DNA of 64,000 nt from Neodothiora populina (Eukaryota). The stretch covers positions 682,001-746,000 of the forward strand of contig NW_027191410.1 in assembly GCF_041146345.1 (NCBI RefSeq). The letters run 5' to 3'. Under the pieces are notes generated by a model that searched no databases, was not told where the DNA came from, and worked only from the letters and a program-made list of their open reading frames with translations. Position 1 is the stretch's first letter, and every line of letters begins with the position of its first letter. The position numbers and the translations under genes are program-made. Shown here in pieces: positions 26,250 through 38,471 of this stretch.

Positions 26250-26832
26250 GCGATATCCTAGTCGATGCGCAGAAATTAAACCACTTGAAGCTATGCACTC
26301 TAATGGAAATCCGCTGCGCGCACAATCGCAACCTACGAAACCCCGAATGGCAGCGTAAGAGTCGACTCAATGAGATCAGTATCGAGATTTGCAGGCGAAT
26401 CGCTGTTGTAGTCCTCTCAGTACTTATCGTCTCGATACTTTATTCGTGACCTCGCAATATTGAAACGAGGTCATAATATTGCACGACGATTGGAGGACAC
26501 ATCTCTCACGAAAAGTGTTATGCAGAAGATACAGGCTGGGGAAAGCAGGTACTTTCATTCTCGAGTGGCCTTGCGTCCCTTGTCTCGCTTGTGCCCCATA
26601 CGGCAGGTGAGAACAATAGTAAGACGTCCATTCTTTGAAAGTCATACCCGCCACTCGCGTCACGCCTTCACATTGTCCTATACTCTAAGGCATGACATAT
26701 TCTACTGTTATTGTCTTTCATGAAATACATACTGCAAACGTAAAAAGTCCAATTCATCATTTCATTACTACAAGGAAAGCACTCCTTCCAGCATCCGTTG
26801 CAAATGTCCATTATACAGTTCAAGACTTCTTG

Positions 26833-29800
26833 ATGCCGAGCTTCGCAAGAGTCCGTCGCTTTGGTCGAAACGATCAAAAAGCCAAGGACGTCAGGAAAGA
26901 GGCGATTGAATTACATGACCTTTCTGAAAATGGAAACGCGATCGATGACAGGAAAACAAACGATGCTCCGGATACCCCGTGGAAAGCTTTATTTTTCTTT
27001 ACGGACAAATCACATCTGACTTGTCTCGTTGTCGCCATCGTCTCTGGCGTTCTCTCAGGCGTGGCTTCGCCTGCCGCCGCTCTCCTAGTCGGGAAAGCAT
27101 TTCAAGCATTCACAAACTTCACAGACACCGATCAGTTGGTGAGGAAAGAGTCCCGTTTTGCACTCAATTTTCTTTTGGTCGGTATTGGAAGTTGGATACT
27201 ACATTTTGTTTTCTTTGCAGCATGGGTAGCGTTTGGAGAACTGCAAGCTAATAGCGCACGGAATCGCCTGTTCTATGGCATGCTAGTCAAAGAAACTGAG
27301 TGGTACGATCTTCGAAAAAATGGTATTGGCGCTCTAATACCAAGACTCCAGGTGTATGTGCTGATGCCACGATGCTCAACACGGACTCTAAAAGCTCACA
27401 GAACATAGACAAATACGCGAACTACAACTTGCCACATCTCAACCTTTAGGAAGCCTGGTGACCATCGCCGCTACCGCGCTCTTCAACATCGGTCTAGCAT
27501 TGTTCTATTCCTGGAAGCTTACCCTGGTCATTATTTCCACAGTCCCGCTCATTGTCACGATCCTCGGCTATCTGGGAGCCAGTATGCAACCGAATGTCAA
27601 GAAGCAACAAGATTCATTAGCGGATGCACTTAAGTATGTCAACAGTGCCTTGAGCGCGATAGAAACAGTGAAATGCTTCAACGGACAAGATGACGAGATT
27701 GTCAAGTACAAGGGCGCCCTCGCCAGTGCTACTGTCTGGTACATGCGTGTAGTCAATATCAATGCTCTACAATTCGCACTCACGGTGTTCATTACTTCGG
27801 CCATGTTTGTCCAAGGCTTTTATTACGGCGGTGTACTAATCCGTAAGGGCGAGAAGACGGCCGGCGACGTGGTCACCACCTTCGTGGCTGCACTTGGTGC
27901 CTTCCAAGCAATATCGGCCATCCTACCACAGATGATTGTTTTGGAGAAGGGCAGAACCGCGGGCGCAACACTGAGAGCAGTTCTGACCCAGATAGAAAAT
28001 GGGTCTTCGGTCTCTCGAAGTGAAGGCGTATCTACCATTGACAATTTCGAAGGGAATATCGTTCTCAGAGGTGTATGTATTTTTGCATTCGACCGAGAAA
28101 TGATTCAGCTAACAATCTATGCAGGTATCCTTTGCATACCCCACTCGGCCGAGCCAGATGGCTCTCAGAGATGTCAACTTATTCATACCTGGAGGTGTGA
28201 CCACCTTCATCGTTGGTCAGAGTGGTTCGGGCAAGAGTACTCTAGGGCAGCTCCTGATGCGATTTTACGCCCCGAATACAGGCGAGATCCTGCTCGATGG
28301 GTGTCCTCTTCCTACTCTGGACGTTACTTGGTTGCGGACCCAGATCACCCTCGTTGAACAGCAAAGTGTTCTCTTCGCAGATACTCTCTATAACAACATA
28401 GCTTCAGGCACAAGTGGTTCTTCCAAAGTCTCAGATGAAGAAGTCAAGCGTGCGGTAGAGTTTGCACTTCTACAACTCATGATCAATGATCTGCCTCAAG
28501 GTCTGGACACCATCGTTGGCACAAAGGGAGAGTCGATGAGTGGAGGACAACGGCAACGCATGGCGCTCGCAAGAGCGTACGTACGCAATTCACCGGTCCT
28601 ATTGCTGGATGAATCAACAAGTGCTCTCGATCAAATCAGTCGGGCTCTGGTCATGGAAGCAATTCGGAAGTGGCGACAAGGCAGAACCACGGTAATCATC
28701 ACACATGACATACCTCAAATACTTCCGAATGATTACGCTGTTGTGTTGAAACAAGGTCGTCTCGTCCAGGAGGGCTATCGGAAGCACATGGAAAAGCTAA
28801 AGGGAAGTCCATTCCAGGACTTCTTGTCCGAAGAACAACAGGCCCAGCTCTCCCCATTCGACTCGCGCCGACATGACTCTGAAGACCTGTCACTTCGAAT
28901 TCAATCTACTGATGCTGGTGTCATTCCTGAGGCTCACTTGGACCATCTCAATGACCCTCTCGGGTTCCATCTGGCAGCTGGGGAGCAGAAGAGAACATCT
29001 TTTCGCCCATCCGCTTTTGTGAATACTCACACGAGCATGGTCCTACAGGGCGCTGGAAGATCTGGCAGGCCAATCAGTACTTTCAGACCTATGCACGGTA
29101 CCAATGAATACAGCTTGTCGCGCATTAGTACGCACTCGAGCGGCATCAATAACGACACACCCGAATCACAGATCAGAGATCAATTCGCTGTGTCTGATCA
29201 GAAGATAGCTTCCCCAATGACAGAAACGCCAGAATCATTCCTCGACCGGACAGGGGCATTTGCTTCCAGAGCTAGACTCCATGTCAAGGGGCATCGCCAG
29301 CGCCTACCCTCTGAACCTTCGGCCGATGACAGTGCTATTGAGGGCAAGAGTCAATCCTTCATGAACAGAATCCGCAGACCAAAGCCCCCGCATGATATGT
29401 TACGCACTGATGACGGGGTCTTGTCGGTCTCGTTAATTCTCAGAACTATCTGGCCAAATATTGAGCTTCGACCCCGTCTACTGTTGCTTGTAGGCGTTCT
29501 TAGCACTGTCCTTGGTGCTGCTTCAGCCCCAGTCTTCTCCTTCATTCTGTCGAAGCTAATCCACACATATGGGCGAGGATCTCAAGGTCAACATCAAGCA
29601 CTTGTATACTCACTGAGCATTCTCGGAGTATCTGGCGTCACTGCGGTATGCGCATATCTCCAACACATATGTTTAGAGTATGCTGGCCAGCAGTGGGTGA
29701 ATCGCATCCGCGAGAAAGCAATGGAAGCAGTTCTAGATCAGCCGCGAGATTTCTTTGCGCAAGAGATCAACTCGATATCCCGTATCACAGAGGGGCTCGA

Positions 29801-31316
29801 TCGTCACGCCGAAGAAATGCGCAACCTCCTCGGTCGATTCGCTGCTACTGTGCTGACAGCTGCCATTATGATATCCGTCACCTTGGTGTGGGCTTTGGTT
29901 ACGCAATGGAAGATAACTCTCATCGCCTTGTCAGTCGGTCCATATGTCTGGATCGTGACAAGAGCGTTCGCATCGATCAGCGCGAAATGGGAGGCAAGGA
30001 GTAACGATGCATCGGATGTTACTGGCTCCATCTTCTTCGAGACCTTTACTGCCATCAAGACTGTGCGAGCTTTGACACTAGAGAAGAAATTCAGCGAGAA
30101 GTACTTCCAAGCAATCAGAGCGACCTTAGTCGTTGGCGTAAAGCGTGCTTTCTGGACTGGATTTTTCTTCGGTCTTTCAGACATCGCAGGAGACCTAGTC
30201 ATGGCCCTGATATTCTACGCTGGCGGCATAATAGTCAGAGACGGCGCCTCGGCACCAAAAGTCCTCGAGGTTTTCATCCAACTCGTGATCACCATCAATA
30301 ACGTAAGCAACCTCCTCAATCTTATCCCACAGATGAGTTCGTCAAGGGAAATGGCCTCACGGATCCTGCGTTTGTCCCAGCTCCCCAGGGACTCCCACGA
30401 GCACTCCGGAAACACTCGGATCACCACTACTGGAGACATCGTATTCACAGATCTGAGCTTTGCATACCCCTCCCAGCCAGATCAGCGCGTGCTCAAGAAC
30501 GTGAGTCTCGTGATCCCGTCCGGCAAGTGTACTGCCGTGGTGGGATCTTCAGGGTCTGGAAAGTCGACGGTAGCGGCCTTGTTGGTCGGGCTTTATGCAA
30601 CCTCCAGAGACGCACATCGACAAGCGCAAGGTGTACCCGATCTCATGGTGTCGGGCCGCGATATCAAACATATCCACACCCCGACTTTGCGCTCGTTAAT
30701 TGCCGTAGTCGCTCAGAGTCCGGTCATCTTTGCAGCGACGGTTGCTGACAACATTGCCTACGGCCTGTCCAAGGACTCTCCGTTCAGGAGTATTGCCGCG
30801 ATCCGCATCGCTGCCGCTTCTGCTGGCATAGACGATTTCATCTCCACGTTGCCCGAAGCGTATTCGACCCGGATTGGGGAAGGAGGCGTTGGTCTTTCTG
30901 GGGGTCAAGCACAACGCATCGCTATCGCACGCGCCATTGTTCGCCGCCCAGCAGTGTTGATCCTGGACGAGGCGACTTCGGCCCTTGATGTCGAGAACGC
31001 GGCACTGGTCAGACGCACAATTCAATCACTGGCTACGCAGCATGGTGGCATGACAATCATTATCATCACGCACAGCACAGATATGATGGCGATTGCTGAT
31101 AACATTATCGTTCTCGAGCAGGGTCAGGTCGTCGAACAAGGCAACTTTTCCCAGCTTCTTGCTCAGGGCGGTGGGCTCAGTCACTTGGTCAGTGAAGGAT
31201 TGTGGGGATCGAGTCATGAGGGCAGAAAAAGAAGTTCGGTGGCTACGGGATTGACTGATGTGGTGAACTGGTCCGGCTCGACAGCGACTAGACTCAGTAC
31301 ATCGTCACCCCTGTAG
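26833..31316 (+). CDS. Full-length ABCB transporter, Ste6/Hst6-like (a-factor pheromone exporter family); 3 exons
   Basis: TMD-NBD-TMD-NBD architecture. Walker A GQSGSGKST and GSSGSGKST, signatures MSGGQ and LSGGQ, Walker B LLLDE and LILDE, H-loops IITHD and IITHS. Introns at about 27352-27408 and 28073-28124. Confidence 0.85.
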
Positions 31317-31563
31317 ATCGTGAATTCGTAATTACATGTGGTCAGCAGCGCACGGCCGTGAATGTAGAACATGAAAGGAAAGAAAATGTAACAACCTCGG
31401 TTCATAAAACCAAGGCATTCAAGACTAAGAAATTAAAACCATCGTAACGTCAATCATCATAGCTTTGCCCACCGAATGTGGCCGTTGTTCGGGCTTCAGT
31501 AGTATCACAAGGTGAGCTCGAGCCTTGCTGAGTAAGATAGCTGCGAAAGGGATAATCAGCTAC

Positions 31564-32322
31564 TCAGACATTGCTTGTATAATGACTTCGTCGTGAGCTG
31601 TGGTGAGTTCTTCGTGGAGAGGTCCGCCTGTCGTAGGCCGAACCGCGGCTAGAGCGACGTTGTGAGTGACGAGTAGTGTGATACTCGCGCTTGACGACAA
31701 CACGTTCATCGTCACGGTGATGTCTGTGTACGAGCAACGCAAGCAACTACGCAAATCTATCAGCAAAAAAGATTCACGCAACGAATATCTCGAGACGACT
31801 TACGAATGTGATGAAGAAGAAGATACAATTCATGATTCCCAATGCGAAACTTGCTTTGAGCATAGCGCAGGTCTTGTTGATGTGAAGAGCCCACGGACTG
31901 TTGCTTTGACGACCATAGTATCCGAATGGACCAAGGTCAAAGTAAAACCCACCGGCGGTGAAATTGGAACAGTTCGAACCAGCGATACCGCGCAGCTCAT
32001 AGACACCAGCGATGAAAGCACCGACAAATGCCAGATCGACAAGCGCAACGAAGAATGCTGAGTGTCGCGCGCGAAGATAGGTTATGACAGTCGCGACAGC
32101 CCATGCTGCTGCTAGCACTGATGTTATGAAGAGCACCAGGATATAGGTTGGCGTAAGCGTGTTGCTTGCGACAAATCCATGGACTGAACATTTCAATGAG
32201 TGTACTTATAATTTGATGGGACGAGGTAACATACCGAAGTAGGCAAGCATGCCAACTATGGGTATCAGTGTAACGATCTCAAAGATGCGCCACGAAAGGA
32301 AAAGAAAGCCCGAGAGCGCCAT
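31564..32322 (-). CDS. MARVEL-like four-TM membrane protein, 3 exons
   Basis: Four hydrophobic helices (WRIFEIVTLIPIVGMLAYF; ILVLFITSVLAAAW; VDLAFVGAFIAGV; CAMLKASFALGI) and an Arg/His/Ser-rich tail. Confidence 0.8.
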
Positions 32323-33424
32323 TTTGACCGTGATAACGCTGTCGATGGCAGGGGAGCGATGAAATCGGGGATGTTGCGATGGAAAGCTCAAGAACGAGTA
32401 GCTCAAATGACCGACAGGAGGTGGGTGAGGTAGCAACGAGACAGTCGCGGTATCCTGGTAAGGTACAGGGTTGGGCGAATCGAAGCAACTACAGCAGGTA
32501 CACAATGTGTTCAAGTATGAGCGCTGAGCAGCCTCGCTTTGGGAAGGCGGCCTGAAATCTAGACAATAGCACGAGTGAACTTCAAGTGAGCTATGAGTTC
32601 CCGCACATATACATAAGCCGTTATCAAAACAAGTTCAAGAACTACGCTGATTAATCTACGTTGGCGGGTAGAACCTTGATTATGTACTGTACCTTTCTGC
32701 GTGGCAGCCATGCGACAACTCTCAGTGGCTGGGATGGCTGGGATGCGTCGCGAATTCAGGTTTCGTGAAGCCACACGCATAGAACCTTGTATCGAGGAAC
32801 ACCTGCCTTTTTCTCTCTCCTCTGCACTATCAGACATTGGCACATAACTGTATGCTTGCTATAATCCAGACATTACTGGCGATGGTGCCCATCTGGACAA
32901 TTGAGGAGTCTCTTGTGGCTTTGATGTTTGCCAGCTTCCTCTTGCCAAGCATCAGCGCTCAAGCCATGGCCTTGTGGCCTATTTCGAGACGACCTTCTTA
33001 CAGACCGTGCTTCGTCTCTAACACGCCTTCTCAAGCCCAGACCAGGTGAAAGTCGCAGAACAATGACAATGGCCATGAAGCAAATGTCTACAACACCGGA
33101 TAATGAGGTGTCCAGCGTGACCTTTCTATAGTCTGTAACAATAGTAGATGCCAAACATGAATAGCATTTGTGCTTGGTTTTATGTGAGGTTTGGATCCAG
33201 GAGTTATAGACCTAGGAAGGGGTTCCTCATCTTATTGATATCGTAGTCCATTGCTGATCCAGGCTGATGAGGTAAGTGAAATGAGCACTGGTAGCGTAAC
33301 ATAATCACCACTCTCCGCTCGTAAAAAAGAAGACGGTCAGTCACACCTGCATCTTCGTTTACCTGGAAGGATCTTACAGTCGAGGGCGAAGGGAGATGAT
33401 CTAGATCCGTAATTCTCCACAAAT

Positions 33425-35519
33425 ATGCCAGAGTTTCTTATTCCTGGGACCGAAAACGACGCTCCGCTCAAAGCAGGAGTTAAAATCGACGTTGCATCTT
33501 CGATTAAAAGGAAGCCTACAGTTCGTAGGAAGCCGCTTCCTGCATCTGCAGAATCCTCATTAAGGAAGCACTCGGACACGCACCCGGTGACACGGCATGG
33601 CGAGAGACGCCAGCAGATGGTGCTAGCACCCTCACCGAAGACATCGATTTACGAAAGGAACAGCAGAGATGAGGACGCACTATCAGCGCCTGTGTCACCA
33701 TTCATATACGGGGATCAGCTTTTTCCTAGAGTTCCATATTTCGAGGAAAAGGTAAGTAAACGACAATCACGGGGCGGTAGCTCTATTTCTTTACCAACAC
33801 CATGTATAGGATTCCGAATTGTGGCGAAACGATGGCGATACCGTCATTTGTGTCGGGAGGAACGTCGAACTAAGGATAGACAGCTCTACGATTCTTTCGT
33901 GTAAATACAGATCGCTCATCGATAAACTACAAGGTCAGTGGATCATAGCAGATCAGTGGATATCGCATTGACATCTGCTATAGAATTGAACGAGTCTGAT
34001 TCTGCTGACTTCACGGCCGCTGCGCCCTTCGGTGAAGTGCCTATACGATATATTATCGAGCTTCCAGAGCCAATCCGGTCAGATCCTAAAAGGTACTGCG
34101 TCTCGGTCCGCAACTTCTTCGCAGCTCTCCGTGGCAAGCCCATTGCGGGAGAGGATCTAGTATCTGAGCTAGATCAGCTGCATTGGACTGCTGTGGACCT
34201 TTTTGGGGTGCAGGAGCATCGAGACATAGCGAAAAAGTTCGTACGCGGCTATGTACAGTCACTGAGACTGGATGACTGTCGCTCCATGCTCTCGGAAGCC
34301 ATTCGCCTATTGGCATGGTGTGAAAGGACCAAATGGGAGAAAGGATGGATCGAATGCTTTGCGCATTGTGTTGGCATGATGGACCACGACATGGAGGAAT
34401 ACGACTCCTTCAGTGAGCTGTCTGAAAGAACTAGGAAGCTCCTATACCGGAGTTTTCGGAAGCAGCAAGAAGGGGTGTTCGCGCTCCAGCAGATTCTTAC
34501 TGACTTCAGTTTCGCGGGCAGTACTTCCACAGTTGATCTCGAACATGCCGCTGGTCTGAGATCTGCTCGTTTGTTCGAAAAGTTCCTCAAATCCTACTAC
34601 ACTACGAAATTTGGGGGCGTCTGGCCTCCACCCGCAGATGCAAGTGGACGTTGGCTCACTCGCAACATCGTTCAAACATTGCAAGAAGACCTCGGTGGCC
34701 TGTATGACATGCTCGTCAACGATTCCGTCATACAATACATGGAAGGGGCGATCCCATACTTACTACATATCAATGAAGACGAGACTCTCACGCCACTAGA
34801 ACCTTCTTCACATGCATCTCAATTCCCCTTACAGAAGATCGTCTCGAGCTGGAACTTCAGGTGTGGCTTCACGCCTATTCCGCACCCGTGGCCTTTACTA
34901 CCGACGCTTCGTGATACATCACCTGTTCGTGATGCCAGTCCAGCCAATGACTCCCTAGTCCCTGCGCTTCGCGAAAGGAGTGCAGACTCTGTGCAAGATC
35001 GGCATGACCTCCACAACGCATACTGCCAAGGGACAAACGCATATAGCCACTGTACGTATGATTGAGTAGCAGTCTCCGATATGACAGGTAAAAATATCAT
35101 AGTGTTGACATCAAGTTCTAGCATCACACTTCGTCTTGGCATTCCTGGACCACGAAGCTACAACCCGGTTGAAAGGGGTGAACACACATGATGCGCGCCT
35201 TGGCCGGTGGCTCGTCATTCATTGTATGCTACAGATGCTCGCTCGTATCGCAGTTGATATTCAGGGTCTGTGGTATACAACGGGCGTACCTTATTTCCTG
35301 AACTGCGACTTGGAAGACTGTCCGCCGTGGGCCGGTGCCAAACCGCCAAGAACAATCCGCCCTGCGCACTTCGAAGACAGTTGGTGCTGGCTACATGCCA
35401 GAGGGGTCGCTGACGCTAGACACACCACCAACGCTGGTGGGGAGAGGCGAAAGCCGCGTCCTCACTATCATGTTCATTGGGATCAGGAAGGTCGTTGGGA
35501 ACTTGAGCCTATTGGCTAA
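33425..35519 (+). CDS. Conserved fungal hypothetical protein (DUF8004-like), 4 exons
   Basis: Spliced DSELWRNDGDTVICV, SVRNFFAAL, WIECFAHCVGM, FGGVWPP and DARLGRWLVIHCMLQML. Canonical introns join the ORF pieces. Confidence 0.65.
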
Positions 35520-36662
35520 GGTCACGGCGGCAAGCAATCAATGTGTTCGTCGAACAAAGTTCGAAAGTAGCCCCTGTTAACTCGAGTACTTTAGTACTCC
35601 GGACCGGCATAACTGCTATCATTTTTGGGAAAAGCATTGCAGTAGCAGGCTTGACCCGTAGCGCTTCCGCACAGATACGGAGTGACGTCTTGCTTACGGG
35701 CCGCGAGGCGATAGGGTATAGTTCCCTACCGTACGGCTAGGGTCAATTAGTGCCTTGGCTTCGGATCTCAAAACCTTTTCATAGTGGTGCCAGGAGGTCA
35801 GATAGCATCAGAATATGGTTTCCCCGTGGTGGCAGGGGTGTCCGGAGTCAGAAATACATTGCCACGTCCATTGCGTCGGCCAAGACACCTTGGAAAGGTC
35901 TGGGCGGAGCTGTTGAATTGGGAATGGGCATTGCGGAACACATTATACTAGCCTTCAGATCAGGCGTTGTTGGCGTAATTCTTTAGTAGAGCGTCAATTG
36001 ATATTGGTCAATATACTGGTTTTTACATGGGCCGGACTCTTTGTAAAGCTTGAAGAGTCGACCCTTTGATCGCGCGTGAGGATTATCAATCTGTTCCCAG
36101 GCGGCGAATCGAGCCTCGACTTCGTTGAACGTCGACGTCCTCCAATGTCAGTCTTTTGCGAGAATGAACCTCCCGGGAATGTGGGAAGGTAAACGGTCAG
36201 GACAGGCTGTTGTTAGCAGTATTGGATGCCGCTAACTTCCCTATGTACCGACTGCTCCTGTTGAAACATGTTAGACAATATACGCCAGTGCCATGCGATT
36301 TATGCATATTTTATGCAAGAAAAACCTACTTACCGTTGAACAGTCGCAATCACGCTTAAAATTACAGAGCTGGAAATGTTCATGTAGAACAACAATATTG
36401 CAAATACATAAATGGCATGTCATTAAAACTTTATTAACTAATCATCAAAAATATTGAACTGCCGCAGATCGAAACGCCGGGCTTCGTTTGGGTATGCAAC
36501 ACATGTCCGTAATCCAAGTGACGTGGCGTTTTGCCTGTTGTACAACTCCGTGAACAAAAATGCGAGCCGGCATCCTATGTCGGTTTCTGAAAACTCCACG
36601 CAATGCAGTATATATGCTCAATTGTAAATCATAATGATGTTCATGAGCGCATCCCTAGTAGC

Positions 36663-38471
36663 CTAGTAGACGAGGCAACGCTTCGACTTCGCTCTCAGGA
36701 CACTTCCGTACTTGAAGAAGACGTAAGGGATGACGGTGAGGAGGAGGGTCAAAAGGGACAGAATGAGACCAGCATATTGCGAGCCAACGTTCTTGAAGAA
36801 TTGAGATGCGAAGAGGGGCGAGACAGCACCAAGACTGTTTCTCATGAGACCCTGGGCAGCGATGGCAGATGAGGAGCTCTCTCCGTAGCAATCGGCGGTG
36901 TAACTGTAGGTTGACTCGAAGATGAAGAAGATACCGAAGCTGATGATTGCAAGAGCGATGACGGGACCTGATACCAAATTAGTACATTGCTAATAATGCC
37001 ATAATCCTGGATGTATACTGACCGACCCACACCAGGTATGCGTACTGGGTGAAAGAGTAGATGAATAGACCAATAGGCAAGCAAGGTGCTCCCCACATGG
37101 CGCCGTAAAGGCGGTCCTCGGGAACAATCTTGTGGTTGGGATCTTGTCTAAGTCTGTTGTATTTTCTGATCTGGAGGAAGTTGTTTGCGATCCAGCCGAA
37201 AGTGCAACCAAGCGCGAGGGAGATGTAGGGAAGACCGGCAACGCCCTCATTCCAGTGGTGCTTGTCCTCAAAGGTGATGGGGATGACAGAGAGGAAGAGG
37301 AAAACGATGAACCTAGAACTAGTCAGAATTGAACGTTGGGAGGAAGCTGATTCGAGACTTACCAAGAGAAGGCAATCCAGAGACCGAATGCGAAAACAAC
37401 ACCCTCGGTGACAAGCATCTCAATGGCCTTGACTGAAGAGTTCTTAAGCATAGTCTTGATATCAGGACTGGCGAACTCCATAGCACAAGAATAGCGTTCA
37501 TCACCAGTAGCTTTACGGAGAGCAGCAGCGCGCTTCTTGAGGAAAACACCTCCACGGGTTTCCTTGAAGAAGAGGACGATAATAATGAGCAGGGGAACGT
37601 TAGCCAGACCCTGGATACCTTCAATCCATCTCCAGCCGATCTTCATATCAATGAAGCCCGCGTAGATGGGGGCACCGACGGTTCCGAGGATAGCGATCCA
37701 ACTGAACATAGCCATAGGCTTGTCGCGCTCTTCGGGCTCGTACATATCGCTGAAGGTTCCGCCGACGAGAATGGTACCGATACACCCGAATAGACCGAGG
37801 ATAGTACGAAGGACAATGATAGTTGCGATGTTCTTTCCGAGGGCGAGACCGATGAAGCAGAGACAGAATCCGAAGAAACCGCCAACGTAGACGACCTTTC
37901 TGCCAGCCATCTCACAGAAGGGGGCGAGGAACATGGGGGCGATAGCGCAGGCAATGTTGAAGGTAAAGAGACCAAGCTGACCCATCTCAGTACCACAGTT
38001 GAGCTCCGTGACCATTTTGCCGATACCAGACGAGTAAGCGGTCGTGGCAAGTCCAATGAAGAGAGTCATCAAGTTCAAAAGAGCAGAAATGAATCCGCGC
38101 TTGAACTTAGGCCATTTGAAAGGGTTCTCAGTGTCGCCAGGCGCATACTTGAGCTCGATGAATTCCTTGCCATCGTGCATCAAGAGGACGGTACGGGTGA
38201 GAGGCATATCGATGTCGACTTCGGTGAGGGGCCCGTCAAGATCTGCGCCAGCTCCATCTTGCTTGAGTGTTTCGAGATGCTTGCCACCACAAACCCAGCC
38301 TTGTCTTAAGATCGCATCTCCATTGTCTTGCTGTTCTCCAGCATGCTCAGCCTTTTGTGCATCAGCTACAGAGTTCGAGGAATCATGGAGATCCCCTTGA
38401 GGCTTCTCCTTGCTTTCGGACCATGCACTGGCAACGGAAGGATTCCGTTCAGAAGTATTTGCGTTATTCAT
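36663..38471 (-). CDS. MFS drug:H+ antiporter (DHA1 family); exons 38471-37363, 37312-37023, 36967-36663
   Basis: Motifs DTENPFKW, APFCEMAGRK, GGTFSDMY, GWRWIEGIQG, FFKETRG, PEDRL and YTADCY. The start codon is uncertain because the ORF extends upstream. Confidence 0.9.

Noticed and set aside
26250..26830. a-factor-type pheromone precursor next to the Ste6-like transporter
   Set aside because: No short ORF ending in CAAX was seen.
12954..31316. Secondary-metabolite or other functional cluster (GH35, Mfs1, oxidase, FNT, ABC transporter)
   Set aside because: There is no PKS, NRPS or terpene backbone gene or cluster regulator, the functions are unrelated, and housekeeping genes are interspersed.
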